Source of the DNA: a virus
Reading direction: 5' to 3' (one strand)
Length of the DNA stretch: 64,000 nt
Virus record (IMG/VR): IMGVR_UViG_3300006947_000003
Span: 1-64,000 of that record
Below the pieces are notes generated by a model, which was not told the DNA's origin, made no database searches, and was given only the letters and a program-made list of their open reading frames with translations. The position numbers and the translations under genes were made by a program. Shown here piece by piece: positions 1 to 8,748 of this stretch (positions are counted from its first letter, which is position 1; every line of letters begins with the position of its first letter).

Positions 1-774
1 AGTTATTACTTCTTGTGCTTTATTCCAATGCAACGGAGAGCGGATATATTCTAATGTTTTACCGATACCATCAATACTTAATTGAACAGACACACTATCG
101 AATTTTTTAAGTTTGTCAAACATCTCTTGATTATTAAAATTAGTACAGTTTGTTGTTAATGCTATATGGCAATCAGTTTTGCCTCCGTCTATTAGTTTAT
201 CTAACATTTGCGACACCTCTGGCATAATAGTAGGCTCGCCGCCTAAGAAACTTATAGAGCTTTCAGACGTTAACCCAGATATCAAATAATCTATGTTCGC
301 ATCGTCGACAATGTCGATGTTATTACCTTGATCCCAATGCCATTTAGATAGATACGGGTTTGCTTTAATTTCTTTCATTATTTGTGTACTGTACCGAGGC
401 GTACGCATTCTACATTTTAAGTTACATAAATTACTAGCACGAATATCTAAGTCTAACGGTTTGCCTAGTTCAGTGCCATTGACAATATCTAATTTCGGAC
501 TGCCGTGGTTTTCGTATTTCTTTTGGAACTCTTGTCGGGTACTTTCGGTACCAGATTCTTCTAGGTTCCAACAACCTTTACACCGATCAAGTTTTTCACC
601 TGCTAACATTCGTCGTCTAACATCTTGGTAGTAATCACTTCGCCAGTGTTTTTCAAAATCTAGAGAGTCTGGAGTATGTTCTTTTAATTCTTCTAGGCTA
701 TGACAACATAGCCGAGGTCCGTCATTTGGTTGAACGTACTTGTGTATAAATGGTGCATAACAAATATTACTCAC
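1..774 (-). CDS. Radical SAM protein with N-terminal twitch/SPASM-like Cys domain (partial, runs off window; CxxxCxxC motif reads CxxxCxxR)
   Basis: Not in the ORF track; manual translation from GTG at 774 gives MSNICYAPFIHKYVQPNDGPRLCCHS...LDIRASNLCNLKCRMRTPRY...FLGGEP. Same architecture as the neighbouring rSAMs. Confidence 0.85.
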   Translation of the reverse strand, partial: MSNICYAPFIHKYVQPNDGPRLCCHSLEELKEHTPDSLDFEKHWRSDYYQDVRRRMLAGEKLDRCKGCWNLEESGTESTRQEFQKKYENHGSPKLDIVNGTELGKPLDLDIRASNLCNLKCRMRTPRYSTQIMKEIKANPYLSKWHWDQGNNIDIVDDANIDYLISGLTSESSISFLGGEPTIMPEVSQMLDKLIDGGKTDCHIALTTNCTNFNNQEMFDKLKKFDSVSVQLSIDGIGKTLEYIRSPLHWNKAQEVIT

Positions 775-1993
775 CTAGTAACTCCGATGCCCACGGATAC
801 ATATCTCTATATTTGACTGGATTGTTAAAGTCCCAAAGGTTAACATTATTGTGTAACTCTATACGTTCGCGTTCGTTTATTTCTCTAACGTTTTGTTTTA
901 ATCGTTGGGAAATCGTAAAGTAATCAAAGTCTAAATCTAAATCTAAATCTAATGATCTAAGGTCCATGCTGTCTAATTCATCAATTAGTTCAGTTCTATA
1001 TTGTAATGGTATTAATTCCCATTGAAGATAAGATGGCGTTCTTACTTCGTTATAACTTACATTATTAGTAACGGTTTCTTCTTTAACCCATTTAAGAAAG
1101 TCAGCCAGCCCTAACATATTCAATTGACTCCAACAAGGAGTTATGCTAGTTTCCATATTATGTTCTCTTAGTTTTCTATAGTTTCTTTTTAATGTATTCC
1201 ATTTAACTGGAAACCGCTGATACTCTATCCATTTGTCAGGCCCATCGATGCTACAGCCTACTTCGCATCGATCAAACTTTTTAAGTATTTCTAATACACT
1301 AGTTTTTACTGTAGTACAATTTGTTAAGAAATATATGTATAAGTTAGTTCTTCCAGCATCTATTAAGTTTAACATTAGTTCTTCTATTTCGGGCATGAGA
1401 AACGATTCGCCACCAGCAAATTTTATTTCTCTTATACTATCATTGGCCATTATAAATTCAAACAATCCGTTAATTGGATCTATATTGCCTAAGTCTTTGT
1501 AAAAGTCTGCTTGTTGACCATCCCAGTATTCTTTCGACTGTTGTGTTTGCCCTATTGCTCCTGCCTTAGTTGCCGCTATTATATTTTTTGCTATTTGATC
1601 ACTATTACCGGAGTAACACATTTTACATTGTAAGTTACATTTATTTGTAAGTCGAACATCTATTATTTCTAATACAGGAGGGTCTTCCGGGAGTACATGT
1701 CGATATTGATTTACATATTTTTTATTTTCGTGGAGTCTTGAACTAACTAGATTGTTATCTTCTTCTGCCCAGCAATTAGAACAATTAGCCGGCCTTTTAT
1801 CTTCTAAGAATTCTTTTCGTATACGAACTAACTCACTATCATTTTGGAACCAGTTATCTGACTTATTAAACAACTCACCTTTGTGACTTTGTTTTTGTAT
1901 ACAGCAAGACCTATACCCTGGTTTTGTGTCTCCGGAGGTGTGTTCAAAATAAAGTTCTCTAAATGGCACATAGCAAAAGTTCTTTCGTTCCAT
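767..1993 (-). CDS. Radical SAM protein, N-terminal twitch/SPASM-like domain
   Basis: CYVPF..SCC..CSNCWAEE..SSR N-terminal domain; CNLQCKMC; AGGES; SIDG...YQRFP. Confidence 0.9.
   Translation of the reverse strand: MERKNFCYVPFRELYFEHTSGDTKPGYRSCCIQKQSHKGELFNKSDNWFQNDSELVRIRKEFLEDKRPANCSNCWAEEDNNLVSSRLHENKKYVNQYRHVLPEDPPVLEIIDVRLTNKCNLQCKMCYSGNSDQIAKNIIAATKAGAIGQTQQSKEYWDGQQADFYKDLGNIDPINGLFEFIMANDSIREIKFAGGESFLMPEIEELMLNLIDAGRTNLYIYFLTNCTTVKTSVLEILKKFDRCEVGCSIDGPDKWIEYQRFPVKWNTLKRNYRKLREHNMETSITPCWSQLNMLGLADFLKWVKEETVTNNVSYNEVRTPSYLQWELIPLQYRTELIDELDSMDLRSLDLDLDLDFDYFTISQRLKQNVREINERERIELHNNVNLWDFNNPVKYRDMYPWASELLGE
930..952. repeat. In-frame hexamer microsatellite (TCTAAA)x3 + TCTAA encoding LDLDLDLD
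   Basis: Read directly from the sequence, inside 767..1993. Confidence 0.7.
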
Positions 1994-2739
1994 TAATCAA
2001 AACCCCAATGGCGTTCGTGACACCACCAACATTCTGTGTGGCAATGCGTAGTAAAATTGTTTGTTAGTACTGAGTCAAAATTTTCACAGCTTCTAGTGAT
2101 TAACATCAGTGTTTGGCGTAAGTCAAACATATCGTATAGTTCTGCTACGCCTTTTTTATCAATATTAGTTAACAATGATATACTAGTCATATTCCCCTTT
2201 TTAACCCCGTTGTCTTTTGTTTTTCCGATTTGCCAATAGCCGTCAGTATTCCAAAAGTAAGGATGTTCAATACTAATCGGATCAGTACCGGGGCGGTCTG
2301 CTTCAGGTCCTTCTAGTAATTCCGTTTTTGAATTATAAAATTGTAAGTAAACTGACGGTGGTGGGTTTTTATTTATACCAGTAAAGTATATATCAAACGG
2401 TATACGCTGATGAGTCTCATATAAATGTATGTCTTGTTCTTGTTCATATACTCCGTTGTCTGGAGATTGTTTAACAGCATGTGGTAATATATTTACTCTA
2501 GGAAAGTGAGTTTTCATCCAGAATATAACTCTAGTAGAAAACTCTCCATGGTACGGCTTTGCCCAGTCGTTAAGTGTTATAGGAAGTATAGCTGTTTTGA
2601 GTTTGTTAAGTGTTATATGATTACATAGCATATAGAAAACTATAGCACTATCTAATCCCCCCGACAGTTTAATTCCGACTGTAGAATGAGTATCATCAAA
2701 ATCAATTAAAATATCAGATTGGGAAGTAGAAATAAACAT
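1993..2739 (-). CDS. PP-loop ATP pyrophosphatase, QueC-like
   Basis: KLSGGLDSA PP-loop; C-terminal TRSCE...HCHTECWWCHER Zn-binding-type Cys cluster. Confidence 0.7.
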   Translation of the reverse strand: MFISTSQSDILIDFDDTHSTVGIKLSGGLDSAIVFYMLCNHITLNKLKTAILPITLNDWAKPYHGEFSTRVIFWMKTHFPRVNILPHAVKQSPDNGVYEQEQDIHLYETHQRIPFDIYFTGINKNPPPSVYLQFYNSKTELLEGPEADRPGTDPISIEHPYFWNTDGYWQIGKTKDNGVKKGNMTSISLLTNIDKKGVAELYDMFDLRQTLMLITRSCENFDSVLTNNFTTHCHTECWWCHERHWGFD

Positions 2740-2771
2740 ATAATTACTTATTTGTTTTTATCTGTAGGTTG

Positions 2772-3164
2772 TTACCTAGTGGTTGTTTCTGGGTTCTTAC
2801 CTTGGTAATCTTTAATAGCTGATTTGATTGCGTCTTCGGCTAATACACTACAATGAATCTTAACAGGTGGCAGAGCAAGTGACTCAACAATATCCATGTT
2901 CTTAATATCTGTTGCTTCTTGTATTGTCATACCCTTGACCCAAGTAGTTAACAAGCTACTGGACGCTATGGCACTACCACAGCCATACGTTTTAAATTTA
3001 GCATCTTCAATGATACCGTCTTTAACTTTAATTTGAAGCTTCATCACGTCGCCACAAGCAGGAGCACCTACCATGCCAGTTCCGATAGACTTATCTGTCA
3101 TATCAAATTTACCTACGTTCCTTGGGTTGTTATAATGATCTAAAACTTGTTCTGAATATGCCAT
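2772..3164 (-). CDS. iscU: Fe-S cluster assembly scaffold IscU
   Basis: YSEQVLDHYNNPRNVG, GAPACGDVM, KTYGCGSAIASSS, LPPVKIHCSVLAEDAIK; GGAGG RBS upstream. Confidence 0.97.
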   Translation of the reverse strand: MAYSEQVLDHYNNPRNVGKFDMTDKSIGTGMVGAPACGDVMKLQIKVKDGIIEDAKFKTYGCGSAIASSSLLTTWVKGMTIQEATDIKNMDIVESLALPPVKIHCSVLAEDAIKSAIKDYQGKNPETTTR

Positions 3165-3181
3165 TCTATGGCCTCCGTTAT

Positions 3182-3421
3182 TTAACTACCGTAACTATTA
3201 CGGTTGCGTTCTATTGTATCAAAGATATCTTGTACTGTGTTGATTGCTCTAGCTTCGGTATCACTAATAGTACAATCCCACTTATCTTCTACTTCAATTA
3301 TTAATTCAATAATAGTAAAATCATCTGAGCCCAAGTCGTCTATTAGATGTGACTCTGGTTTAATTAACGCTTCGTCTACATCTAGTTTATGACTCAAGTA
3401 ACTTATTAACTTATCTATCAT
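3182..3421 (-). CDS. Acyl carrier protein-like (canonical DSL serine replaced)
   Basis: Acidic 79 aa; PESHLIDDLGSDDFTIIELIIEVEDKWDCTISDTEARAINTVQDI aligns with AcpP DLGADSLDxVEL...ITTVQ. Confidence 0.8.
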   Translation of the reverse strand: MIDKLISYLSHKLDVDEALIKPESHLIDDLGSDDFTIIELIIEVEDKWDCTISDTEARAINTVQDIFDTIERNRNSYGS

Positions 3422-3438
3422 ATTAATAACTCCCTCTT

Positions 3439-3467
3439 ATTATACTATATTTATTGGCAATTGTCAA
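3439..3467 (-). promoter_or_regulatory. Consensus sigma70 promoter for ACP-like/iscU
   Basis: TTGACA (3467-3462), 17 bp, TATAAT (3444-3439), then a GAGGGAG RBS. An ATAAATA late-type box lies in the spacer. Confidence 0.85.
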
Positions 3468-4880
3468 CTATGCTGGTCCGTTTACAACTCCGTCAATATC
3501 AAAGTTTAACACTTCTGATTGGAAATCGTTTTTACATCTATCATAGTACCTAGTTAAATGTGGTTCGATAGCCAGTGTATCAGTTCCGCGCACTTCGTCT
3601 AATGCCATTTGATGTCTAACAAACTGTAGCATTAATCGTTTCTTCTTGCCTTCTGTTATACCTTGAGTAGTGTGGCCGCTGATCTCTCTGTTTAATTCAG
3701 AGCGAATAGTACGGAACCATTGTATTTCTTTCTTATTCATCTTGAACTCTACGATACATTCATCAAGCAATTTGTGTATTAATTCTTTATGATCATCATC
3801 TAACCAACAGATTGATAAGAATAACGGATCCACAATAGGTAAAAATGATATACCTCTATGCTTTGGAAAGTATCGTCTATATCCTTCTAGGAACCATTTC
3901 ATTGTATCTTTTATTTGGAATATACCTTGGGGTTGTACAACCGAACCGATACCTGCCCAATGCAGATTTGGAAGTTTAAAAACTTCGTGGAAGATTTGTT
4001 CATGTCTATCCCATTTAGTTCCGTGACGTAAATATTCTTCTAACTCACCAGTTCCGTCAAAGCTAAAGTTAATTGTAACGTGTTTGAATTGACTAATAAC
4101 TTTTTCAATACGTTTGTTCCAACTTGTAGCATTTGTAATTAAGTGTAAGAAGATATTTTTAGCATGTCCAGAGTCTACTACTTTTTGTAATACTTTATGT
4201 ACACGTGGATCAATAAGTGTCTCACCACCTGACATCTTTAACCACTTAACATCTGTTAAGTCAATATTTGATACTGGGTCAAATTTAGGATCATCATAAT
4301 CAATTTGCTCTGCCCATTTACGAACAGTTGCTGACTTAGTTACTGAATCCCAATATGTCCAGCCTTGTAAAACCTTGTTGTCTAACACTTCCTTTTCAAT
4401 CTCAGAAGACCAAGTACTATTGCATGAGCGACATTTTAAGTTACATAGTTTACTAGGACGTAAGTCAATATCAATCGGCTTGCCCCATTTGTTACCTTTT
4501 ACAACATCAAGACCTAGGTGTTCGTAGTTCTTGTGGCTTGTTTCTTCGTGGTCAGCGTACTTGCTGATGAAGTGCATTCTGTTTGATTCTTCCCAAACTT
4601 TCTCACGTTCATATCTACCACAGTACCAGTCACACGCCTTAGGCATTTTGCCATCTAAGAATTCTTGTCTAATGCCTTGCATGGTATCACCTACCCAGAA
4701 CTCGTCTAGTTGTTCTCCTAGATCCTGATCCATGTCGTGCCAGCGTCCTACGATTTTGCTCATACAACATAGCTTGTGTGCCCTGTTATTTGCATTCATG
4801 TAAGCGTGAAAGAACGGGGCCGGACAGAACTTCTCATTTGGAAGTTCTTTCATTAATTGTTTTGCTTCTTTATCGTCCAT
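3468..4880 (-). CDS. Radical SAM protein, N-terminal twitch/SPASM-like domain
   Basis: CPAPF..LCC..CDWYC; CNLKCRSC; SGGET. Confidence 0.9.
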   Translation of the reverse strand: MDDKEAKQLMKELPNEKFCPAPFFHAYMNANNRAHKLCCMSKIVGRWHDMDQDLGEQLDEFWVGDTMQGIRQEFLDGKMPKACDWYCGRYEREKVWEESNRMHFISKYADHEETSHKNYEHLGLDVVKGNKWGKPIDIDLRPSKLCNLKCRSCNSTWSSEIEKEVLDNKVLQGWTYWDSVTKSATVRKWAEQIDYDDPKFDPVSNIDLTDVKWLKMSGGETLIDPRVHKVLQKVVDSGHAKNIFLHLITNATSWNKRIEKVISQFKHVTINFSFDGTGELEEYLRHGTKWDRHEQIFHEVFKLPNLHWAGIGSVVQPQGIFQIKDTMKWFLEGYRRYFPKHRGISFLPIVDPLFLSICWLDDDHKELIHKLLDECIVEFKMNKKEIQWFRTIRSELNREISGHTTQGITEGKKKRLMLQFVRHQMALDEVRGTDTLAIEPHLTRYYDRCKNDFQSEVLNFDIDGVVNGPA

Positions 4881-5845
4881 TATAGTTTTAACTCTCCTCG
4901 CCTAACGGCTTTAAGTGCCTCCCGTATGCCCACTTTAACATAGCTTTCATCTATTAAAAAATATTCAAAGTCTTTGTGGTATCTCGGTAGCATTGTAACA
5001 TGTAAGCAGTTTGTCTCTTGCATACTGTATTTAGCACATAATTGTTTGTACCAGTCCAAATACTTATTAGCCTGCCAATCGGGGCTAAAGTTATCCATTT
5101 GATGTAATGCTAGTTGACAGTTACTTAGAACTAGGTGTCCGTAGCTGTTTTGTTGTGCTATTGGCATCATATCGTTTTTTGGATAGTTGCTCCAGCGTAC
5201 ACCAGTTCGCATATTACCTAACCCTATCCCCTTGCTCAGGCTAAAACTAACTTCAGTAATCGCTGGGTGGTTAAGGTCAAATTCCATATCGAAGCAAGTT
5301 CCAAACCAAGCACAGTCTAGTATTACAGGTACATCTAGTGCTAAACATCTATCTAATAGCTCTTTCATTTTAGGGTGTTCACTGCCTGTGCCGCAGAATG
5401 GATGTGATAATACTACCCAGTCTCCGGGCTCAATTGGATCAGCCCATTCACCGTTTGCTTGTTTACCGGTGTGTTCATCTAGCCATGCATGGTTCTTATA
5501 TACACGTCTGTGATAAGCATATTCGCCTCTAAACAAGCGTAAACGTCTACCAGCATACCTGAAGTAAGCCTCATCAAAACTTTGTGTAGTTCCAATAATG
5601 ATGTCCCTTCTTAAATATCGTTTGCTGTGAAACTTACAGCCGTCTGTTATCTTGTTTTGTTTAGATGAATATATCCAATCAATAAATCGTTCAATGTATT
5701 GATCTTGTACTTCAAAGTACCCGGGCTCACTTAGCCATTGTTCCCATGGTGCTTCTTTTAAACTTTTTTGGAAAGCTGGATCGTATATAGCATTGTGTCT
5801 GTTCCTAAAAACTTTGCCTAGTAGTTCATCAAATTCTAATGTCAT
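4880..5845 (-). CDS. PLP-dependent enzyme (aminotransferase class I/II-like fold)
   Basis: ILDCAW (DxA) and SFSLSKGIGLGNMRTG (SxSK...RxG) motifs. Confidence 0.7.
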   Translation of the reverse strand: MTLEFDELLGKVFRNRHNAIYDPAFQKSLKEAPWEQWLSEPGYFEVQDQYIERFIDWIYSSKQNKITDGCKFHSKRYLRRDIIIGTTQSFDEAYFRYAGRRLRLFRGEYAYHRRVYKNHAWLDEHTGKQANGEWADPIEPGDWVVLSHPFCGTGSEHPKMKELLDRCLALDVPVILDCAWFGTCFDMEFDLNHPAITEVSFSLSKGIGLGNMRTGVRWSNYPKNDMMPIAQQNSYGHLVLSNCQLALHQMDNFSPDWQANKYLDWYKQLCAKYSMQETNCLHVTMLPRYHKDFEYFLIDESYVKVGIREALKAVRRGELKL

Positions 5846-7424
5846 TGTCTTTTACCCATTGTTGTATAAATTCATTAATCTCAGGACAAGTTTCTGCAAA
5901 GTTCTGTCCTCTACTCTCATCTAGCTTTTTTGTGTGGTCTATAAAGTTAATTAGTGTATGACTAGTATCTTCAGAGTCCATAAATTCTAACATCTTGTTT
6001 AAGTGGTATTCTGTTTCTTCAAATAATACTTGAGGATCTTTATCCCATGATCTAACTATCTTATGTCCTATTGGCGAGTTTATATTTTCTAACGAATAGT
6101 CTTTTGGTAAACCCATACACCAATCTTTAAACCAACCGTTGATCCAAGTTGTGTATCTTTCTCTTACATACGCTTTGGCCTTAGGCGGTAAACTAGTAAC
6201 ACAATAATGTTTTGGATTGTGTACAGGGTGTTGTGTAAACCACGGAGTCTTTGCTAAACGATTTAACTTGCTCCAGTTGTTTTCAATATCCCATTCAATA
6301 ATTCCCATAGGTTCTAGTACATTAAGTATTTGAAATGTAAATGTAAACCACGGGTTAACATTATCAGGTGACTCCTTGTCTAGCTTTATTATATTTTTTT
6401 CTATCATTGGCCATTTGCTAGGGTGCCTAATATATTCATCTAGCTCTCCAATACCATCAATACTGCCACCTATATCAACACGTTTAAAATGTTTCCAATA
6501 TGTAAACAACTGTTGTGGAACATTAGTCCAGTTAGTATTATAATCTAACGTAATGTTCTCTGCTAGTCCTTGATCTATTAAGTGTTCTAATAGTTCGTAT
6601 TGCTTTTGATTAATCAACGGCTCACCGCCCGATATATGTATTAAACTAATACCTGGAGCATGAGTTTGAAAGTCTTTCCATAAGTTTGTATGGTCGTACC
6701 AATCAAAAGGGTTCCAATCTTCTTCTTGTTTCTTAGTAACTTCGTAGTCATCTACAACACTAGTAACTACAAATCCACCTGCGGCCTTTACTCTGCCTTT
6801 AACTTCTTTAAGGTTAATTCGATAGTCACCGCTTTTAAATCTGTCTAGTACTAAACTTTTATGTTCTTTGTACCACTGAGTTGACTCTGTGGGATTACAC
6901 ATACGACAAACAAGATTACATAAGTTACTAAAACGTATGTCTGCTTCAAACATAGGTGTAGCATCTACGTCTATTGTGCCGTCAGGTTGTGTTACTTTTA
7001 AACTATCCTCAAAATCAAAACGTTCATGTAAACGTCTAACATCTAGTCTACGTCTTGACTGTTGTCCCACTGAATCTTCTTTGTTACAACGCTGACATAC
7101 TTCGGACTGTTCGCCTTGAAGCATTTTACTTCTTACATCTTTTAGCATACTACAGTTTCTAGTTTCTGCTAATGAATGAGTATCAGCTCTCATAGCCACA
7201 CCGTTATCATCTCTTAATGTGCCTTTAGTTTTTCTATGAGTGTTTGCCTGTACACACATGCGATAGTCGCCGTTATTGTTTATGCTAAATGACGTCCAAG
7301 GTACAGGACACCAACTAGGATTGTCCTTCTGGAGAGTTTGTAAATATTGTTCGCTTTTGGGCAGTCCCTCTCCAGAGACATATCCTGTACCGCCAATGAA
7401 TTTTGTTTTAGGTGTGTTATTCAT
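5829..7424 (-). CDS. Radical SAM protein, N-terminal twitch/SPASM-like domain
   Basis: CPVPW..CQRCNKED..SRR; CNLVCRMC; SGGEP; YIRHPSKW. Confidence 0.9.
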   Translation of the reverse strand: MNNTPKTKFIGGTGYVSGEGLPKSEQYLQTLQKDNPSWCPVPWTSFSINNNGDYRMCVQANTHRKTKGTLRDDNGVAMRADTHSLAETRNCSMLKDVRSKMLQGEQSEVCQRCNKEDSVGQQSRRRLDVRRLHERFDFEDSLKVTQPDGTIDVDATPMFEADIRFSNLCNLVCRMCNPTESTQWYKEHKSLVLDRFKSGDYRINLKEVKGRVKAAGGFVVTSVVDDYEVTKKQEEDWNPFDWYDHTNLWKDFQTHAPGISLIHISGGEPLINQKQYELLEHLIDQGLAENITLDYNTNWTNVPQQLFTYWKHFKRVDIGGSIDGIGELDEYIRHPSKWPMIEKNIIKLDKESPDNVNPWFTFTFQILNVLEPMGIIEWDIENNWSKLNRLAKTPWFTQHPVHNPKHYCVTSLPPKAKAYVRERYTTWINGWFKDWCMGLPKDYSLENINSPIGHKIVRSWDKDPQVLFEETEYHLNKMLEFMDSEDTSHTLINFIDHTKKLDESRGQNFAETCPEINEFIQQWVKDNDIRI

Positions 7425-8748
7425 GTCGTGCTAATTCTGGAAATGTTGTTCGCCAATCTGTATTCCTTATTGAATCCATTTTGTCTAGGTATTCTATAGT
7501 ATGTTCCCATTGGTGGCTGTTATCTTCTTTCATCATATGGTTAGCTACTGCTCTCAATCTATTATGGTTGTTAACACTTTTGCCGCCGCTTGGCTGGTGG
7601 TGGGTATTAATCCATTTTGTAATGTTAGTATATCGTACTAGTATTTCTTCTTTAAGTTTTTTAGGTAATACTTGTACACTTAACAACGGGGGTTGCCATA
7701 GTATGTGTATACCAATCATACCACCGAAGTTAGGATATACTGTAATCTTCTTAAAGTTTTGATTCATTTTCCATACAATGAAGTCTGGTAAATGCCAAGC
7801 ATTAAGAGCCTGTGCTGTACAATCTATTTCTACCTTTACGTTATTACTTAACTGATCGTGCCAGTGTAAACTGTCTAACTGATCCTGCCACGTACCCGGG
7901 TATCGTATGTAAGTATAACGGTCGTGTGTTCCATCCATGCTTAAATGCAATGTAACACTTTTGAAGTGAGTATAAAGTTCCTTCAACTCTTCATCTAATA
8001 TCTGTCCGTTGGTATTGAATCTTAAATCAATATGTCCGGCATTATTAGTATCAACACAATCCCGTAGGAATTTTTTAAACTCTGGGTTAACTGTTGGCTC
8101 GCCACCTATGATGTAAACACTATATAATTTTTCTATATTTTCGTTTAAACTATCCCAATAGGTACGACTTTTCTTATACCAGTTATAAGCACCAGCTTCA
8201 TTTTTATTCCAATATGTTTGACTGTCTACTTCAGAACTTATATCTAACTTCTTTAACTTGAGCCAATCGGGTATCCACAAGCTCGAGTCGCTCGGGTTAC
8301 ACATAACACACGCTAGGTTACAAGCATTGCCGAGTTTCATATCAATGTAATGTATGCCATAAGGCATACTTCCATCTGAATTCATTTTGTCTACAATTTG
8401 ATTGTAGTCTAACTGTTCGGACCATAAATCATTTTCCCACATACGTTTTGATCTATAACCTGACTCTTCTTCTTTATAACATTTACGACACACGTTCGGG
8501 CGTTCGCCATTTAACATTCCCTGACGCAACGTTTTCATATACTTTGTATTCCAAAAATCTTCAGGAGCATCTCGATGAAGTTCTACGAAGCTACCATCAT
8601 CTTTCCTGTTACATCCGATGTATTGTTCATCGTGAGTTGAATCAGAATTTGCTGTACAGCATATTTGCATTCTCCCATCAGTCCTTGTACTAAGGTGTAT
8701 GAAAGGCAATATACAAAAGCCGTCTATATCTTTAATGAGTTTAGCCAT
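7417..8748 (-). CDS. Radical SAM protein, N-terminal twitch/SPASM-like domain
   Basis: CILPFIHLSTRTDG..ICC..CRKCYKEE..SKR; CNLACVMC; IGGEP; close paralog of 12083..13582. Confidence 0.92.
   Translation of the reverse strand: MAKLIKDIDGFCILPFIHLSTRTDGRMQICCTANSDSTHDEQYIGCNRKDDGSFVELHRDAPEDFWNTKYMKTLRQGMLNGERPNVCRKCYKEEESGYRSKRMWENDLWSEQLDYNQIVDKMNSDGSMPYGIHYIDMKLGNACNLACVMCNPSDSSLWIPDWLKLKKLDISSEVDSQTYWNKNEAGAYNWYKKSRTYWDSLNENIEKLYSVYIIGGEPTVNPEFKKFLRDCVDTNNAGHIDLRFNTNGQILDEELKELYTHFKSVTLHLSMDGTHDRYTYIRYPGTWQDQLDSLHWHDQLSNNVKVEIDCTAQALNAWHLPDFIVWKMNQNFKKITVYPNFGGMIGIHILWQPPLLSVQVLPKKLKEEILVRYTNITKWINTHHQPSGGKSVNNHNRLRAVANHMMKEDNSHQWEHTIEYLDKMDSIRNTDWRTTFPELARHE

Noticed and set aside
1993-2739. 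7-deazaguanine DNA modification pathway
   Set aside because: No folE, queD, queE (CNLxCxxCDT) or dpdA is recognisable in the window, so it cannot be supported from a QueC-like gene alone
4880-5845. Cysteine desulfurase (IscS) completing the ISC set
   Set aside because: It has SLSK...RxG of class I/II rather than the class V SxHK motif, and no SSGSAC catalytic loop
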